Below, piece after piece: positions 8,482-18,919 of a DNA stretch of 64,000 bases. Source of the stretch: an uncultured delta proteobacterium (GTDB lineage Bacteria > Desulfobacterota > Desulfobacteria > Desulfobacterales > JAHEIW01); assembly GCA_963706575.1 (NCBI GenBank), contig CAVPNL010000004.1, positions 160,001 through 224,000 on the forward strand, read 5' to 3'. The notes beneath the pieces are model-generated. The model worked only from the letters and a program-made list of their open reading frames with translations. It ran no database searches and had not been told where the DNA came from. A program made the position numbers and the translations under genes. The stretch's first letter is position 1, and every line of letters starts with the position of its first letter.

Positions 8482-10629
8482 TCACTCCTGTGACCGGCGA
8501 TCAAAGCTGCTGACGAGAACGTCCCTGGGCTTGGCGCCGTCTGAAGGGCCGACGATCCCTTCTTTTTCCATTTTTTCGATAATCCGGGCCGCTCGATTAT
8601 ATCCGATTCTCAAATGGCGCTGGATCATGGAAATGGAGGCTTGCCCGGCCTCGGTGACAAGGGCCACCGCATCGTCATAGCGCTCGTCATAATCATCATC
8701 ATCGGATTCGGTGGATTGGATGGCGGATGTTTCGGTAACTTCTTCGTCGTATTCCGGTTTTTCCTGGCTCCTTAAAAATGCAAGGACCTGAGTCAGCTCG
8801 CCCTCGGAAATATAGGCGCCGTGAATGCGTTGCAGCTTGGCGGTGCCGGGCGGTAAAAACAACATATCCCCGTTGCCGAGCAGATTTTCGGCACCATTGG
8901 TATCGATAATGGTTCGAGAATCGGTTCGGGAAGAAACCTGAAAAGTCAGACGGGTCGGGAAATTGGCTTTGATAATGCCGGTTAATACATCCACAGAGGG
9001 CCGCTGGGTCGCTAAAATCAGGTGGATTCCGGCGGCCCGGGCCATCTGGGCCAGCCGCGTTAGCCCGACCTCAACATCCCGCGAAGCGAGCATCATCAGG
9101 TCGGCAAGCTCATCAATGACAATCACGATATAAGGCAGTGTTTTGGGGGCTTCCTTATCGGCCGGTTTTTGCGCCTTGGCCACTTTATTGTTGTATTGTT
9201 TGATATTACGGGCGGTCATTTCGGAAAACAGTTCGTAGCGTTTTTCCATTTCGCGTACCGCCCAAAAAAGCGCATTGGTGGCTTTCTTTGGATCGGTGAC
9301 CACCGGCGTAATCAGATGGGGGATTCCGTCATAACTGGAAAGCTCGATGCGTTTGGGGTCGACCAGAATAATTTTGACTTCATCCGGCCTGGCCTTGTAA
9401 AGCAGGCTGCAAATCATCGCATTTAAGGCGACACTTTTCCCGGCACCGGTAGCACCGGCAATTAACAGATGCGGCATTTTGTCCAATTCTGCAACCACCG
9501 GATTGCCGACAATATCCTTGCCCAGACAAAGGGTCAGCCTAGATTTTGATTTTTCAAATGCGCTGGATGCAATAACCTCTTTGAATTTGACCATCTGACG
9601 ATTGGTGTTCGGAACCTCGATGCCAATCACCGCTTTGCCGGGGATCGGCGCCACAATCCGGATACTGATTGCCCGCATGGCCAGCGCCAGATCATCGGTC
9701 AGATTGACAATTTTGTTGATCTTTACACCAGGGGCCGGCTCGTATTCAAAGGTCGTAATGACCGGTCCGGGGGCGACCTCAACCACCCTGCCGTGAACCC
9801 CGAAATCTTCCAGTTTCTTCTCAAGCAACTGGGACTGCATACGCAAATTTTCATCATCGGCAGAGCCGATCTGAAATTCCGGCTCCTCCAGAAAATTAAT
9901 CGACGGTATCTGAAAGCCTTTCCCGGTCTTCATAAAATTAAATTCTTCCTGCTTGGGTGCCGCAACAGGCTTGACGGGTTTGGCCTTAGTGTCCTTTATT
10001 TTTATTTCCTTTTTGCGGGGGGGGTGACGGTCAATTTTGGCGAATTTCTTTGAGCGTTCGCGGCGCTCTTTCCATTTAAGATATACGGTCATCACGCGGT
10101 CCACTACGACGGATATCCAATCCCAGCATCGCAAGCAGAAGGCAATCAATGAAAAACCGGTGGACAGGATGAACCCGATGACCCACAGCAGGATCAATAT
10201 AATTAGCGCACCGGTGAAATTGGTGTATTTTGTTAAAAATAATTTAAAGGGTATGCCGACCAGACCGCCGGCTGAAAATTCGCTGCCGAACATAACATAG
10301 GTGTTTTGCTGCAGGGCCAGCAGACTGCCGCTGGTGACCACCAGCAGAATACCGCCGATCAGGGTAGAAATTTTGGCCTTCATCGGGTGATCCCCGAAAA
10401 AATGAATGCTGGTCAACAGCAGCAACAGCGGGATCCAAAATGCGCCCAGCCCAAAGATGCCGATTAAAGCGCCCGATACATGCGCACCGACCAAACCGAA
10501 CAAATTGTGAATCGAGCCCCCGGTTTTCGCATTATGAATCGAGGGGTCATGCGGGCTAAAAGACAACAAACTGATCAGGGTAAAAATGACCAGGAAAAAA
10601 CAAAAGATGCCGATGATTTCCTTGCGCAT
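8482..10629 (-). CDS. ftsK: DNA translocase FtsK
   Basis: N-terminal transmembrane segments, PHLLIAGATGAGKSV, LATQRPSVDV, C-terminal gamma domain IGYNRAARII. Confidence 0.97.
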   Translation of the reverse strand: MRKEIIGIFCFFLVIFTLISLLSFSPHDPSIHNAKTGGSIHNLFGLVGAHVSGALIGIFGLGAFWIPLLLLLTSIHFFGDHPMKAKISTLIGGILLVVTSGSLLALQQNTYVMFGSEFSAGGLVGIPFKLFLTKYTNFTGALIILILLWVIGFILSTGFSLIAFCLRCWDWISVVVDRVMTVYLKWKERRERSKKFAKIDRHPPRKKEIKIKDTKAKPVKPVAAPKQEEFNFMKTGKGFQIPSINFLEEPEFQIGSADDENLRMQSQLLEKKLEDFGVHGRVVEVAPGPVITTFEYEPAPGVKINKIVNLTDDLALAMRAISIRIVAPIPGKAVIGIEVPNTNRQMVKFKEVIASSAFEKSKSRLTLCLGKDIVGNPVVAELDKMPHLLIAGATGAGKSVALNAMICSLLYKARPDEVKIILVDPKRIELSSYDGIPHLITPVVTDPKKATNALFWAVREMEKRYELFSEMTARNIKQYNNKVAKAQKPADKEAPKTLPYIVIVIDELADLMMLASRDVEVGLTRLAQMARAAGIHLILATQRPSVDVLTGIIKANFPTRLTFQVSSRTDSRTIIDTNGAENLLGNGDMLFLPPGTAKLQRIHGAYISEGELTQVLAFLRSQEKPEYDEEVTETSAIQSTESDDDDYDERYDDAVALVTEAGQASISMIQRHLRIGYNRAARIIEKMEKEGIVGPSDGAKPRDVLVSSFDRRSQE

Positions 10630-10641
10630 AAGTTTTTATCG

Positions 10642-10835
10642 GGTTGCGAGTTGCGCGTTACGAGTTAAGAGTTGTGAGTTGTGAGACTCAGAAGTCAGTC
10701 ATCTATCAGTTGTTTAAATGGTTTGATTGGTTTAATTTGTTCAATTGGTTCGGTTTAAGCCAACCAATGAAACCAATAAAACAAATAAAACGAATCTAAC
10801 AAATCCTCGAGTCGCAGAACCTCTGAACTTTGAAC
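10642..10835. repeat. Nested intergenic short tandem/inverted repeats (7-mer GTTGCGA/GTTGTGA and 9-mer TTTAATTGG/CCAATAAAA)
   Basis: gttgcgagttgcgcgttacgagttaagagttgtgagttgtgag; gtttaaatggtttgattggtttaatttgttcaattggtt ... aaccaatgaaaccaataaaacaaataaaac. Confidence 0.7.
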
Positions 10836-10863
10836 TATTACGTTGCCAGCAGCCAGCGACCGA

Positions 10864-12513
10864 TTAGACTTCCATAATAAACGGAAGTATAACTGGCCGG
10901 CGTCCGATGGTAAAGAAAAAATATTGCCGCAACGCGGTTTTGATCTTTGAACGGATTTTATCCACCCGATTGGTAACCTCCGGTGTTATTTCTTCTACAA
11001 TTTCCAAGACCACACATTGAGCATCCTCCAGCAGGTAACCGCTTTCAGTTTCAAAGACAAACCCCCGGGAAACAATCTCGGGTCCGTAGACAACCACACC
11101 GGTTTCTTCATCAAACGCCATCGTCACGGCAACCAGGCCCTCTTCTGAAAGCATCCTGCGTTCTTTTAAAACGCTTCGGCCGACGTCACCGACACCCTTA
11201 CCATCGATGAGCACCCGGCCGGTTGGAATCCGTCCGCTAATCCGGCCGCCTTTTTTATCAAATTCAATAATCTGTCCGTTTTCCGCCAACAATATGTTTT
11301 TTTCCGGGATACCCACTTCTTTTGCCAGCCGTGAATGCAAAATAAGATGCCGGTATTCCCCATGGATTGGGATAAAGTATCGGGGCCGGGTCAATTTAAT
11401 CATCAGTTTCAGTTCTTCCCGAAATGCATGGCCGGATACATGAATATCGGATATTTTCTCGTAAATAACGTCGGCGCCTTTGCGGTACATGTTATTAATA
11501 ATCTTGGCAATCGCCTTTTCATTGCCGGGAATGAATTTGGAGGACAGCACCACTGTATCCCCCTTTTTTATTTTTATTTGTTTGTGGGTTCCGGCTGACA
11601 TTCGCGCCAGGGCAGACATCGGTTCGCCCTGGGTGCCGGTGGTAATGATGATGATTTCATCATCATCATGGTCGGCGACCTCATCAATTGAGATGATCTT
11701 GCTGTCGGTGGTGTCCAGGTACCCCAGTTCCCTTGCGATACGAACACTGTCTTCAATGCTTTTACCGTCAAATATGATCATTTTACCGTTGGCTTTGGCA
11801 ATATCCACAATAACCTGAATGCGGGCAATATTCGAAGCGAACAGGGCGACAATGACACGGCCGCTGCTTGCGGTTGTGATCCGCATCAGGGTCTCACAGA
11901 TCTCCTTGTCAGAAATCGGGTACCCTTCCCGTTCTACATTGGTGGAATCGGACAACAGCGCCAAAACTCCCTCTTCGCCGAATTTGGCAAATTTGTTGAC
12001 ATCCGTTGCCCGTTCATCGCCGGATCCATATCCGATTTTAAAATCGCCGGTATGAATAATTCTTCCCAATGGACTCTGAATGGCAATCCCCACACCATCT
12101 AAAACGCTGTGACCCACCCGTATAAACTCCAGCGTAAAGGGACCCAATTTTAACGTTTCATCCGGTAATATGGTGTGTAAGGCCGCTGAACCATTGAGTT
12201 CATACTCTTTGGTTTTTTGCCGGACCAGCCCCAGCGTAAAGGGTGTACCAAAAACCGGCGCTTTGAGCTCCTTTAGCAAATACGGCAGCGCGCCAATATG
12301 ATCTTCATGCGCATGCGTTAAAACGATACCCGCCACGCTGGACCGGTTCTGACGTAAATAGTCCATATCCGGGATGACAAAATCCACACCCAGCATATAA
12401 TCTTCGGGAAACATCAACCCGGCATCGATCACAAAAAGCGTGCCGCCGTATTCGAATACCATCATATTCAGGCCAATTTCGCCAAGGCCGCCTAAGGGAA
12501 TAATCTTTAGCAT
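10864..12513 (-). CDS. rnj: Ribonuclease J
   Basis: IIPLGGLGEIGLNM, THAHEDHIG, HVSGHA, PIHGEYRH. Confidence 0.96.
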   Translation of the reverse strand: MLKIIPLGGLGEIGLNMMVFEYGGTLFVIDAGLMFPEDYMLGVDFVIPDMDYLRQNRSSVAGIVLTHAHEDHIGALPYLLKELKAPVFGTPFTLGLVRQKTKEYELNGSAALHTILPDETLKLGPFTLEFIRVGHSVLDGVGIAIQSPLGRIIHTGDFKIGYGSGDERATDVNKFAKFGEEGVLALLSDSTNVEREGYPISDKEICETLMRITTASSGRVIVALFASNIARIQVIVDIAKANGKMIIFDGKSIEDSVRIARELGYLDTTDSKIISIDEVADHDDDEIIIITTGTQGEPMSALARMSAGTHKQIKIKKGDTVVLSSKFIPGNEKAIAKIINNMYRKGADVIYEKISDIHVSGHAFREELKLMIKLTRPRYFIPIHGEYRHLILHSRLAKEVGIPEKNILLAENGQIIEFDKKGGRISGRIPTGRVLIDGKGVGDVGRSVLKERRMLSEEGLVAVTMAFDEETGVVVYGPEIVSRGFVFETESGYLLEDAQCVVLEIVEEITPEVTNRVDKIRSKIKTALRQYFFFTIGRRPVILPFIMEV

Positions 12514-13232
12514 GCGCGCTCATCCATTTTGCTGTTCTCAAAATTGTCACAAATGACACGTCGAACGTTTTCCATTAGCGCTTCTTTTGTCTCACGGGTA
12601 TATGTCGAAGTTCCGATCGGCTTGTGGATAACCATGCTGACACGACCCGGATAGACCCGAAACCTGCCCTTGGGCATTATCGCGCGCGTCCCGGTTATGA
12701 CAACCGGAACAATCGGGACGCCGGAATCAATCGCCATAACAAACCCCCCTTTTTTGAAAGGCCGGATTTTACCGTCCCGACTACGGGTGCCTTCCGGAAA
12801 AATGAGCACCGATACGCCGCTTTTAATCTTGTCGGCCGCCACTTTAAGGCTCTCAAAAGCCGATTCGCGGTGATATCGGTTAATACTGATATAACCGGCC
12901 TTGCGCATGGCGCGCCCGAAAACCGGAATTTTAAAAAGCTCCATTTTGGCCAGCCATCGAAACTGAACCGTAAGATGCCCCAGTAAAACCGGTATATCAA
13001 AATTACTCTGGTGATTGGGCATATAAATATAGGGGCTCGAAGGGTCGATGTTGGACAGTCCTTTAACGCTAACTTTAATCCGGCTGACCATCAGAATTGA
13101 TCTGCCCCATAACCGGGCAATTTTGTGCAAGGGATTGCCCGATCGGACAAAAAACGAAAGCACGATGACCAGTGTTCCCGCCACCAGCGTGGCAAAAAAA
13201 ACCCAGATCGTTATGTATAGGGTCCGAATCAT
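12507..13232 (-). CDS. plsC: 1-acyl-sn-glycerol-3-phosphate acyltransferase
   Basis: NHQSNFD and FPEGTRS motifs. Confidence 0.9.
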   Translation of the reverse strand: MIRTLYITIWVFFATLVAGTLVIVLSFFVRSGNPLHKIARLWGRSILMVSRIKVSVKGLSNIDPSSPYIYMPNHQSNFDIPVLLGHLTVQFRWLAKMELFKIPVFGRAMRKAGYISINRYHRESAFESLKVAADKIKSGVSVLIFPEGTRSRDGKIRPFKKGGFVMAIDSGVPIVPVVITGTRAIMPKGRFRVYPGRVSMVIHKPIGTSTYTRETKEALMENVRRVICDNFENSKMDERAC

Positions 13233-13573
13233 GTTGCGATGTCCAATTTTTCAAATATGGCATCCACAACCTCCATAATCCAGATCCGTTGTTCCCTTGA
13301 GGCATATCCGATACAGGCGCATCGGATTCGGTTTTTGGTGCGAACTAGCAATTCAATGGCAAAACGTTTTTCCTCCAACTCAATGGCAAAGTAAAAGGGC
13401 TGGCAATCGGTATGCGCATGTTGTATCTCCGTCAGCACCTCTGCTGCTAACGGTACCCAATAGACACCGCCCATTTCTACCGGGCCATAAGATGCATCCA
13501 GATATTGCTGAATTTTATGATGATCCTCGGGCCGAATTTCATCGATCACATATTGCTTCATGGCAGATGGCAA
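13229..13573 (-). CDS. Hypothetical protein
   Basis: 114-aa ORF overlapping the plsC start; true start may be MKQY at 13561. Confidence 0.7.
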   Translation of the reverse strand: MPSAMKQYVIDEIRPEDHHKIQQYLDASYGPVEMGGVYWVPLAAEVLTEIQHAHTDCQPFYFAIELEEKRFAIELLVRTKNRIRCACIGYASREQRIWIMEVVDAIFEKLDIAT

Positions 13574-13898
13574 ATGTTATATGACATGCTGGGTTAGCGC
13601 TCCCCCTTGCGAAATCGGCGGATTGGATTTTTGCACCGCAAGCGCTAAACGCCAAGGGCGCAGGCTTGCCTGAAATGCCGCAGGCGGAACGTGAAAAAGG
13701 GCGTGGAGCATCCAGTATAGATGCATTTAACTACCATATTTTGCGCATACAGGCAAGGTGTAGATAAGGCGACAAGCTCCTATTTTTAATGATAAATATA
13801 ATCTTCTTGGTTCAAAAAAGGAACGGGCGTTAAGGGACGCAGGTTTGAGTTACCATGGAGAATTCAAAAGGCGGGCAGTCGACGTATTCATAAAACAG

Positions 13899-13944
13899 GA
13901 CCCCCTGCCCCGGCTTCCGAAATCGGATCTCCGGGCAGGGGGTC
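13899..13944 (-). terminator. Hairpin/terminator downstream of the ferredoxin gene
   Basis: Inverted repeat gaccccctgccc ... gggcagggggtc followed by ctgtttt on the minus strand. Confidence 0.55.
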
Positions 13945-13952
13945 AAACCGGA

Positions 13953-14141
13953 TTAGGTTTCTTCAACGACAATAGCGCCTTCTTCACAGACCTCGACACA
14001 GCTTTCGCAGCCCAGACATTCTTCGGCGTTGACGGGCACGGATTTGCCATCTTGCATTTCAAAGACTTCAACCGGGCAAACATCCACACATTCTTCACAG
14101 CCAGCGCATTTTTCTTCGTCGACGATAGGATTAAAAGCCAT
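13953..14141 (-). CDS. 2[4Fe-4S] ferredoxin (62 aa)
   Basis: CAGCEECVDVCP and CLGCESCVEVC; start at MAFNPIVD with AAGGAG RBS. Confidence 0.93.
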   Translation of the reverse strand: MAFNPIVDEEKCAGCEECVDVCPVEVFEMQDGKSVPVNAEECLGCESCVEVCEEGAIVVEET

Positions 14142-14417
14142 TATATACGTCTCCTTTCGAATTAGGTATTTATTAAGGTGATGGAAACCCACCTTGGATT
14201 CTGCTTAAGGGGAAAGTCAATATACCAATTGGAAAACCGAGTCAAGTCCTGATAACAATTTTTATCTAAATTGAGCGTTTCAAATTTTAAAAAGAGATTA
14301 TTGCATATTATATTCAATGAATTCTGTCGATTTATATTTCTAATATTTGAAAGGCTCAACTTAGATTTTGGTAAATTTTAATAAATTTGTATTTATCAGG
14401 TATTTCGTGTTTCGTTT

Positions 14418-15452
14418 TTAGTGTTTGGTGTTTAGCGTATCGATGGATCGCCGATCGATGAGCCCGATCAGGGTGTTGCCGGCCTCAGCGCTTTGATCGG
14501 GAATGAGTGGATCGATATTCTGATCTTCGAAAATCGGCTTAAATGTATCCACCGGGCCTTGGCCGGACACCATATATAATGTCAGCCCAACGTTTGAGCG
14601 CTGATCCTGTGGCAGGGGCATATCACCGAAGGGGTCCTCAGCTGCAGCACCCCGGTTTTCGATAAGCTGTTTTATCTGTTTTAAAAACGAATCCCGCCAG
14701 ATGCTGGCGCAATCATCTTTCGTATTCGTGACCGGCAGTCCTTCAAATTGAATAACCTTTTGCGCTGCAGCCAGGTTTTCAATCACGTGATTGAAAACCG
14801 CTGGGCTGCTGGTCACAAAAAGCCCTGAATCAACCGGGTCGCTCATAAACAGGCGCAGCCACGCCTGTAATCGGTCTGGTGCCATATATTCAGTGGGATC
14901 TTCGATTCTGATTTCAGCGTTAAGCGGGGTAACCGGTAAACCATTTTCCCTTTCACCACTTATTTCTTTGAGCAGATCACGCGAAAGCCGATCATTAACA
15001 CCAAGGTCTCGATTTAACTCGGCACTCTGCCGGTCAAATTCCTGGGCAAAATCAAGAAAGACCCGTGCGCAAAACAATGGATCGAAATCCGCTTCGGCAG
15101 ATGCAATCCGGCTGCTTTTTTTTACATCCGAGACAATCCGGGAAACTGTAGATTCACCAAAACAGGGAATGGCCCCCTGCTGCCCCCAAAAAACCGCCGT
15201 TTTGAGGTTCTTACTGTCATCGTGCAGGCCGGCAAACGCCCGTAATTCTTTTGCCATCTTTGCAAGGGTCTCATCTTTCGTCTGCACGGGCACGCGGACC
15301 TCCATCACATTTTCCTCGATCCAGGGCTGCATCTCTGAAGGTAATTTTCGGCCCGAGGGCTGATAGACGGTAAACTGCTTAAAACAGGCGGCCAATGTTT
15401 CCGCCACCCATTGGGGCACGTAGGTATAAGGGAAATAGATCGGTTTTACCAT
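14418..15452 (-). CDS. Hypothetical protein
   Basis: 344-aa ORF with a GGAG RBS; no recognisable motif. Confidence 0.75.
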   Translation of the reverse strand: MVKPIYFPYTYVPQWVAETLAACFKQFTVYQPSGRKLPSEMQPWIEENVMEVRVPVQTKDETLAKMAKELRAFAGLHDDSKNLKTAVFWGQQGAIPCFGESTVSRIVSDVKKSSRIASAEADFDPLFCARVFLDFAQEFDRQSAELNRDLGVNDRLSRDLLKEISGERENGLPVTPLNAEIRIEDPTEYMAPDRLQAWLRLFMSDPVDSGLFVTSSPAVFNHVIENLAAAQKVIQFEGLPVTNTKDDCASIWRDSFLKQIKQLIENRGAAAEDPFGDMPLPQDQRSNVGLTLYMVSGQGPVDTFKPIFEDQNIDPLIPDQSAEAGNTLIGLIDRRSIDTLNTKH

Positions 15453-15511
15453 TTTCGGTTCTCCATCCTAAAGGTGTTCAACTTCAATCAAAATTAGGTG
15501 TCAGTCAACAG

Positions 15512-15681
15512 GTTCAATGGATCACGGTTCAGAGGTTCAGGGGCTAGATAACTGAAGATAGATTTCAGAGGTCAGATAGTAGGGTCGGCCTCCGTGCCGA
15601 CCTCTGAACGGCGGGCGCAGAGGCCCGCCCTACTTTTGAACCCAGAACCTCTGAACTTAGAACCCTGAACCTTTGAACCTT
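15512..15681. repeat. GTAG REP-like element (15579-15633) inside a heptamer inverted wrapper (GGTTCAG/CTGAACC)
   Basis: gtagggtcggcctccgtgccgacctctgaacggcgggcgcagaggcccgccctac; nearly identical to 52424-52478. Confidence 0.8.
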
Positions 15682-15687
15682 TAATCC

Positions 15688-17961
15688 TTAGCTGTGATCC
15701 TGCACGATGATCCCCCGAGATCTGAGTTCGTCTCTGAGTTTATCCGCGAGATCCCAATTTTGCTCTGAGCGGGCCTTATCTCTTTGGCTCAGCAGCCGTT
15801 GAATTTTTGGGTCAGCGTATTCATCAAAAAAATTAAACTGATTCAAGACCGTATCGATACTTCGAAACCCATTAATCATCTTTGAAGCGTCTTGTGGGTG
15901 CAGTTGGTTTTTTTGGACGAGGATATTCACTGTTTTAACAATTGTGAAAACCGTGGCCAGGGCTGCTGAAATATTTAAATCATCATCCATGGCGCTCATG
16001 AATCCGTTTTTAAGATCGTAGAGTAATTGTTCCAGTTCCGGGTAGGGCCGGCCCTGCTTCACACAGCGCAGATTGTACATACAGCGATCCAGCCGTTCAA
16101 GCGAACGCATGGCTTCGTCCAGGCGTTCTTTTGAAAACGAAATCGGTTTGCGATAGTGACTGGACAGCAGCCAAAAACGGATGACCCGGCCGGAATAGCC
16201 CATATTCATTAAATCCGCAATTGTCAGTCCGGCTGAGCGTTCATCCAATTTTTTCCCGTCGATGAGCACCCGATCGCAGTGTACCCAGAACTTCGCCAGG
16301 GGTTTCCCGGTCATGGCGACGGCAATGGCATTTTCATTTTCGTGGTGTGGAAAAACCAGTTCTCGGCTGCTGGTGTGGATATCGAAACATTCGCCTAAAT
16401 ATTTCATGGACATGGCTGCCGATTTAATGTGCCAGGAAGGCCGTACGCTCCCCCAGGTGGTTTTTGTGAAGATACCCCTTTTTAATTCTGAAAGTTTGGA
16501 TCGTTTAAACAGGGTGAAATCCCGCGGGTTTTGTTTTTCATAGTCATCCAGATCAACCGTGGCGCCCACTTTTATCTTGTTGATATCAATCCCGGAAAGC
16601 TGTCCGTAGTCATCAAGGCGTGAAATGTCAAAATATAATGATCGCAGTTTTTCATAGGCAACGCCTTTCGTAACCAGCCTTTCACCCAGGGCCACCATAT
16701 CGTCAACATGATCGCTGGCCTGGGCATAGGAAGTGGCCGGATTTAGGCCTAAAACGGACAGATCTTCTTTGAATTGAGAAATATTGGCTTCCGTAAATTC
16801 CTTCAGATCGACATTGGCTTCTTCGGATCCGCGGATGGCCTTGTCATCAAGATCATTGATATCGGTCAAATGATTGACCGCGTAACCGCGGTTTTCAAGG
16901 TAACGGCATAGCAGGTCGGCAAAGACAATGCGGCGCAATTCCCCCAGATGGATGCGGGTGTGTGCGGTGGGGCCGCAGGAATAAACGTTAACTTTTCCCG
17001 GGGTTCGAGGCTCAAACATCTCTTTTTTGTGAGACAGGCTGTTGAATAATTTCAGGGTAACCGCTTCGCGCACCGCAAAAAGCGAGGTGCTTAAATAACG
17101 CTCGCCGTTGTCCGGGAATAACACGACCAGGGTGCCGGCCGCCATTTTGACTGCAACCCTGCAGGCAGCGACCATGGCCGCACCGCTGCTCATGCCGACA
17201 AATATGCCTTCTTCCCTGGCCAGTCGTCGTGCCATTTCGTAAGCGTCTTCATCGGCAACATTGAGCTTTTGATCCAGGCGTTCTTTTTCAAAGATCTCGG
17301 GGCAATAGGCTTCTTTCATATTTTTTAACCCCTGGATCTTGTGGCCCAGATAAGGTTCCACCCCGATAATCTGGATGGACGAATCGTATTCCTTCAGCCT
17401 TCTGGAAACGCCCATTAAGGTCCCGCTGGTTCCCAGGGTGGCCACAAAAGCGGTAACCTTGCCGTCGGTTTGCTGCCAGACCTCTTCAGCCGTACCATAA
17501 TAGTGAGCCTTCCAGTTGGCTTCATTGTTAAATTGATCGGGGAGAAAATAGGTGTTCAGGTTTTCACGGGCCAGCCGGTAAGCCTCCTCAATGGCTCCAT
17601 CGGTGCCTAAATGCCCCGGCGTTAAAAGGATGTCGGCTCCCCGGGCCTTTAGAATCTTTTGTCGTTCGATGCTGACCGCATCGGACATCACCAGCAGCAA
17701 CCGGTATCCCTTGACCGTACAAACCAGGGCCAGGCCGATCCCGGTATTTCCGCTGGTGGGTTCGATGACGGTTTTTTGCGGTATCAGCTCTCCGGATTTT
17801 TCGCCAGCCTCAATCATGTAAAGGGCGGCGCGGTCCTTGACGGACCCGCCGGGGTTAAAACACTCGAGTTTGGCGAGCATCTTTACAGCGGGATTCGGAT
17901 TGAGTTTTTTGATTTCAACCAGTGGCGTATTGCCAATGGCATCCAGGATAGAATGACCCAT
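15688..17961 (-). CDS. Fusion of a PLP-dependent cysteine synthase (CysK/CysM family) and a cysteinyl-tRNA synthetase-like domain
   Basis: N-terminal GNTPLV, NPGGSVKDR, PTSGNTG, GTSGT; C-terminal YSCGPT, FPHHENE, MDDDLN, ADKLRDEL. Confidence 0.9.
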   Translation of the reverse strand: MGHSILDAIGNTPLVEIKKLNPNPAVKMLAKLECFNPGGSVKDRAALYMIEAGEKSGELIPQKTVIEPTSGNTGIGLALVCTVKGYRLLLVMSDAVSIERQKILKARGADILLTPGHLGTDGAIEEAYRLARENLNTYFLPDQFNNEANWKAHYYGTAEEVWQQTDGKVTAFVATLGTSGTLMGVSRRLKEYDSSIQIIGVEPYLGHKIQGLKNMKEAYCPEIFEKERLDQKLNVADEDAYEMARRLAREEGIFVGMSSGAAMVAACRVAVKMAAGTLVVLFPDNGERYLSTSLFAVREAVTLKLFNSLSHKKEMFEPRTPGKVNVYSCGPTAHTRIHLGELRRIVFADLLCRYLENRGYAVNHLTDINDLDDKAIRGSEEANVDLKEFTEANISQFKEDLSVLGLNPATSYAQASDHVDDMVALGERLVTKGVAYEKLRSLYFDISRLDDYGQLSGIDINKIKVGATVDLDDYEKQNPRDFTLFKRSKLSELKRGIFTKTTWGSVRPSWHIKSAAMSMKYLGECFDIHTSSRELVFPHHENENAIAVAMTGKPLAKFWVHCDRVLIDGKKLDERSAGLTIADLMNMGYSGRVIRFWLLSSHYRKPISFSKERLDEAMRSLERLDRCMYNLRCVKQGRPYPELEQLLYDLKNGFMSAMDDDLNISAALATVFTIVKTVNILVQKNQLHPQDASKMINGFRSIDTVLNQFNFFDEYADPKIQRLLSQRDKARSEQNWDLADKLRDELRSRGIIVQDHS

Positions 17962-18004
17962 ACCGTAAACCTATAAGGAGAGTGCGTCCCGCTCTGAACG
18001 GGAT

Positions 18005-18155
18005 TCAAAGTGATCTAAAATGCCTAAAATTAAACAGAAGAATCAATCCATTTTATTTTAATCCTCACGCAAAAAGACAAGCGCGCAAAGATGCTAAGGA
18101 ATAAAAAATAAAACTTTGCGGGCTTTGCGTGAGACCTAAAACTTTAGGCACTTTT
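18005..18155. repeat. Nonamer (CTAAAATGC/GCATTTTAG) inverted element with a nested CTCACGC...GCGTGAG element (18064-18133)
   Basis: aagtgatctaaaatgcctaaaatt ... ctcacgcaaa...ctttgcgtgag ... ctttaggcactttt. Confidence 0.7.
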
Positions 18156-18211
18156 GGTCCCTTTGTTGATCACATCTATTATTTTAAGAAATTTCAACTG
18201 CAACAATATTT

Positions 18212-18859
18212 TTATCCATGCAAACATTGCTTAAGAAATGAAGACACGATCTTGCGCATCGCGGCAAATACCTGATCCTGGGTTTGGGCCGCGTCGATAA
18301 CTCTGAACCGATCCGGTTCAAGACGGGCCAGCTCAAGATAGCCGGCCCGGACTTTTTCATGGAATGCCACCGCTTCGGCTTCAAAACGACTTTCATCCCC
18401 GGATCGCTGTCCGTTGTTTAACTGTTGCCAGGCACGTTTCAGACCCACCTGCGGCGAAAGGTCCAGCAGCAAGGTGATATCAGGCTTTAGATCGTCAAAC
18501 AAAAGTTGATGTAGTTGCCCGATCAATTCAATGCTCAGCCCCCTGGCAAATCCCTGATAGACCAGAGTGGCATCAAAATAACGATCGCATATCACTGTCT
18601 TGCCTTCCTTTAACGCCGGTCTGATAAGCTCATTAATGTGCTGGGCGCGATCGGCCATGTATAAAAGCAATTCCGCCAGCGGCTCCAGGGCATTATTCGC
18701 TGGATCCAGCAGAATCGATCGAATATTTTCTCCGATCAGGGTGCCACCCGGCTGCCGGGTCGCAACACATTCGATTCCCCGGTTTTCAAAAAATTCCACC
18801 AGCCGACAGATCTGGGTCGTTTTACCCGAACCTTCGATACCTTCCAGTGTGATGAACAT
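18212..18859 (-). CDS. tmk: Thymidylate kinase
   Basis: FITLEGIEGSGKTTQ, VICDRY, YQG, PDITLLLD. Confidence 0.96.
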   Translation of the reverse strand: MFITLEGIEGSGKTTQICRLVEFFENRGIECVATRQPGGTLIGENIRSILLDPANNALEPLAELLLYMADRAQHINELIRPALKEGKTVICDRYFDATLVYQGFARGLSIELIGQLHQLLFDDLKPDITLLLDLSPQVGLKRAWQQLNNGQRSGDESRFEAEAVAFHEKVRAGYLELARLEPDRFRVIDAAQTQDQVFAAMRKIVSSFLKQCLHG

Positions 18860-18919
18860 GAGGTTAGTCCGTTGATGTTGCTCAATTATGCGCTTGAAAG
18901 CTTCTTAAAACTACATCAA

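Noticed and set aside
10642..10835. Short repeat arrays here and elsewhere as CRISPR arrays
   Set aside because: Units are 7-9 bp with no unique spacers, and there are no cas genes
13574..13898. GC-rich intergenic stretch as a structured ncRNA or tRNA
   Set aside because: No recognisable tRNA, 6S, SRP or riboswitch motifs by eye; an Rfam search would be needed
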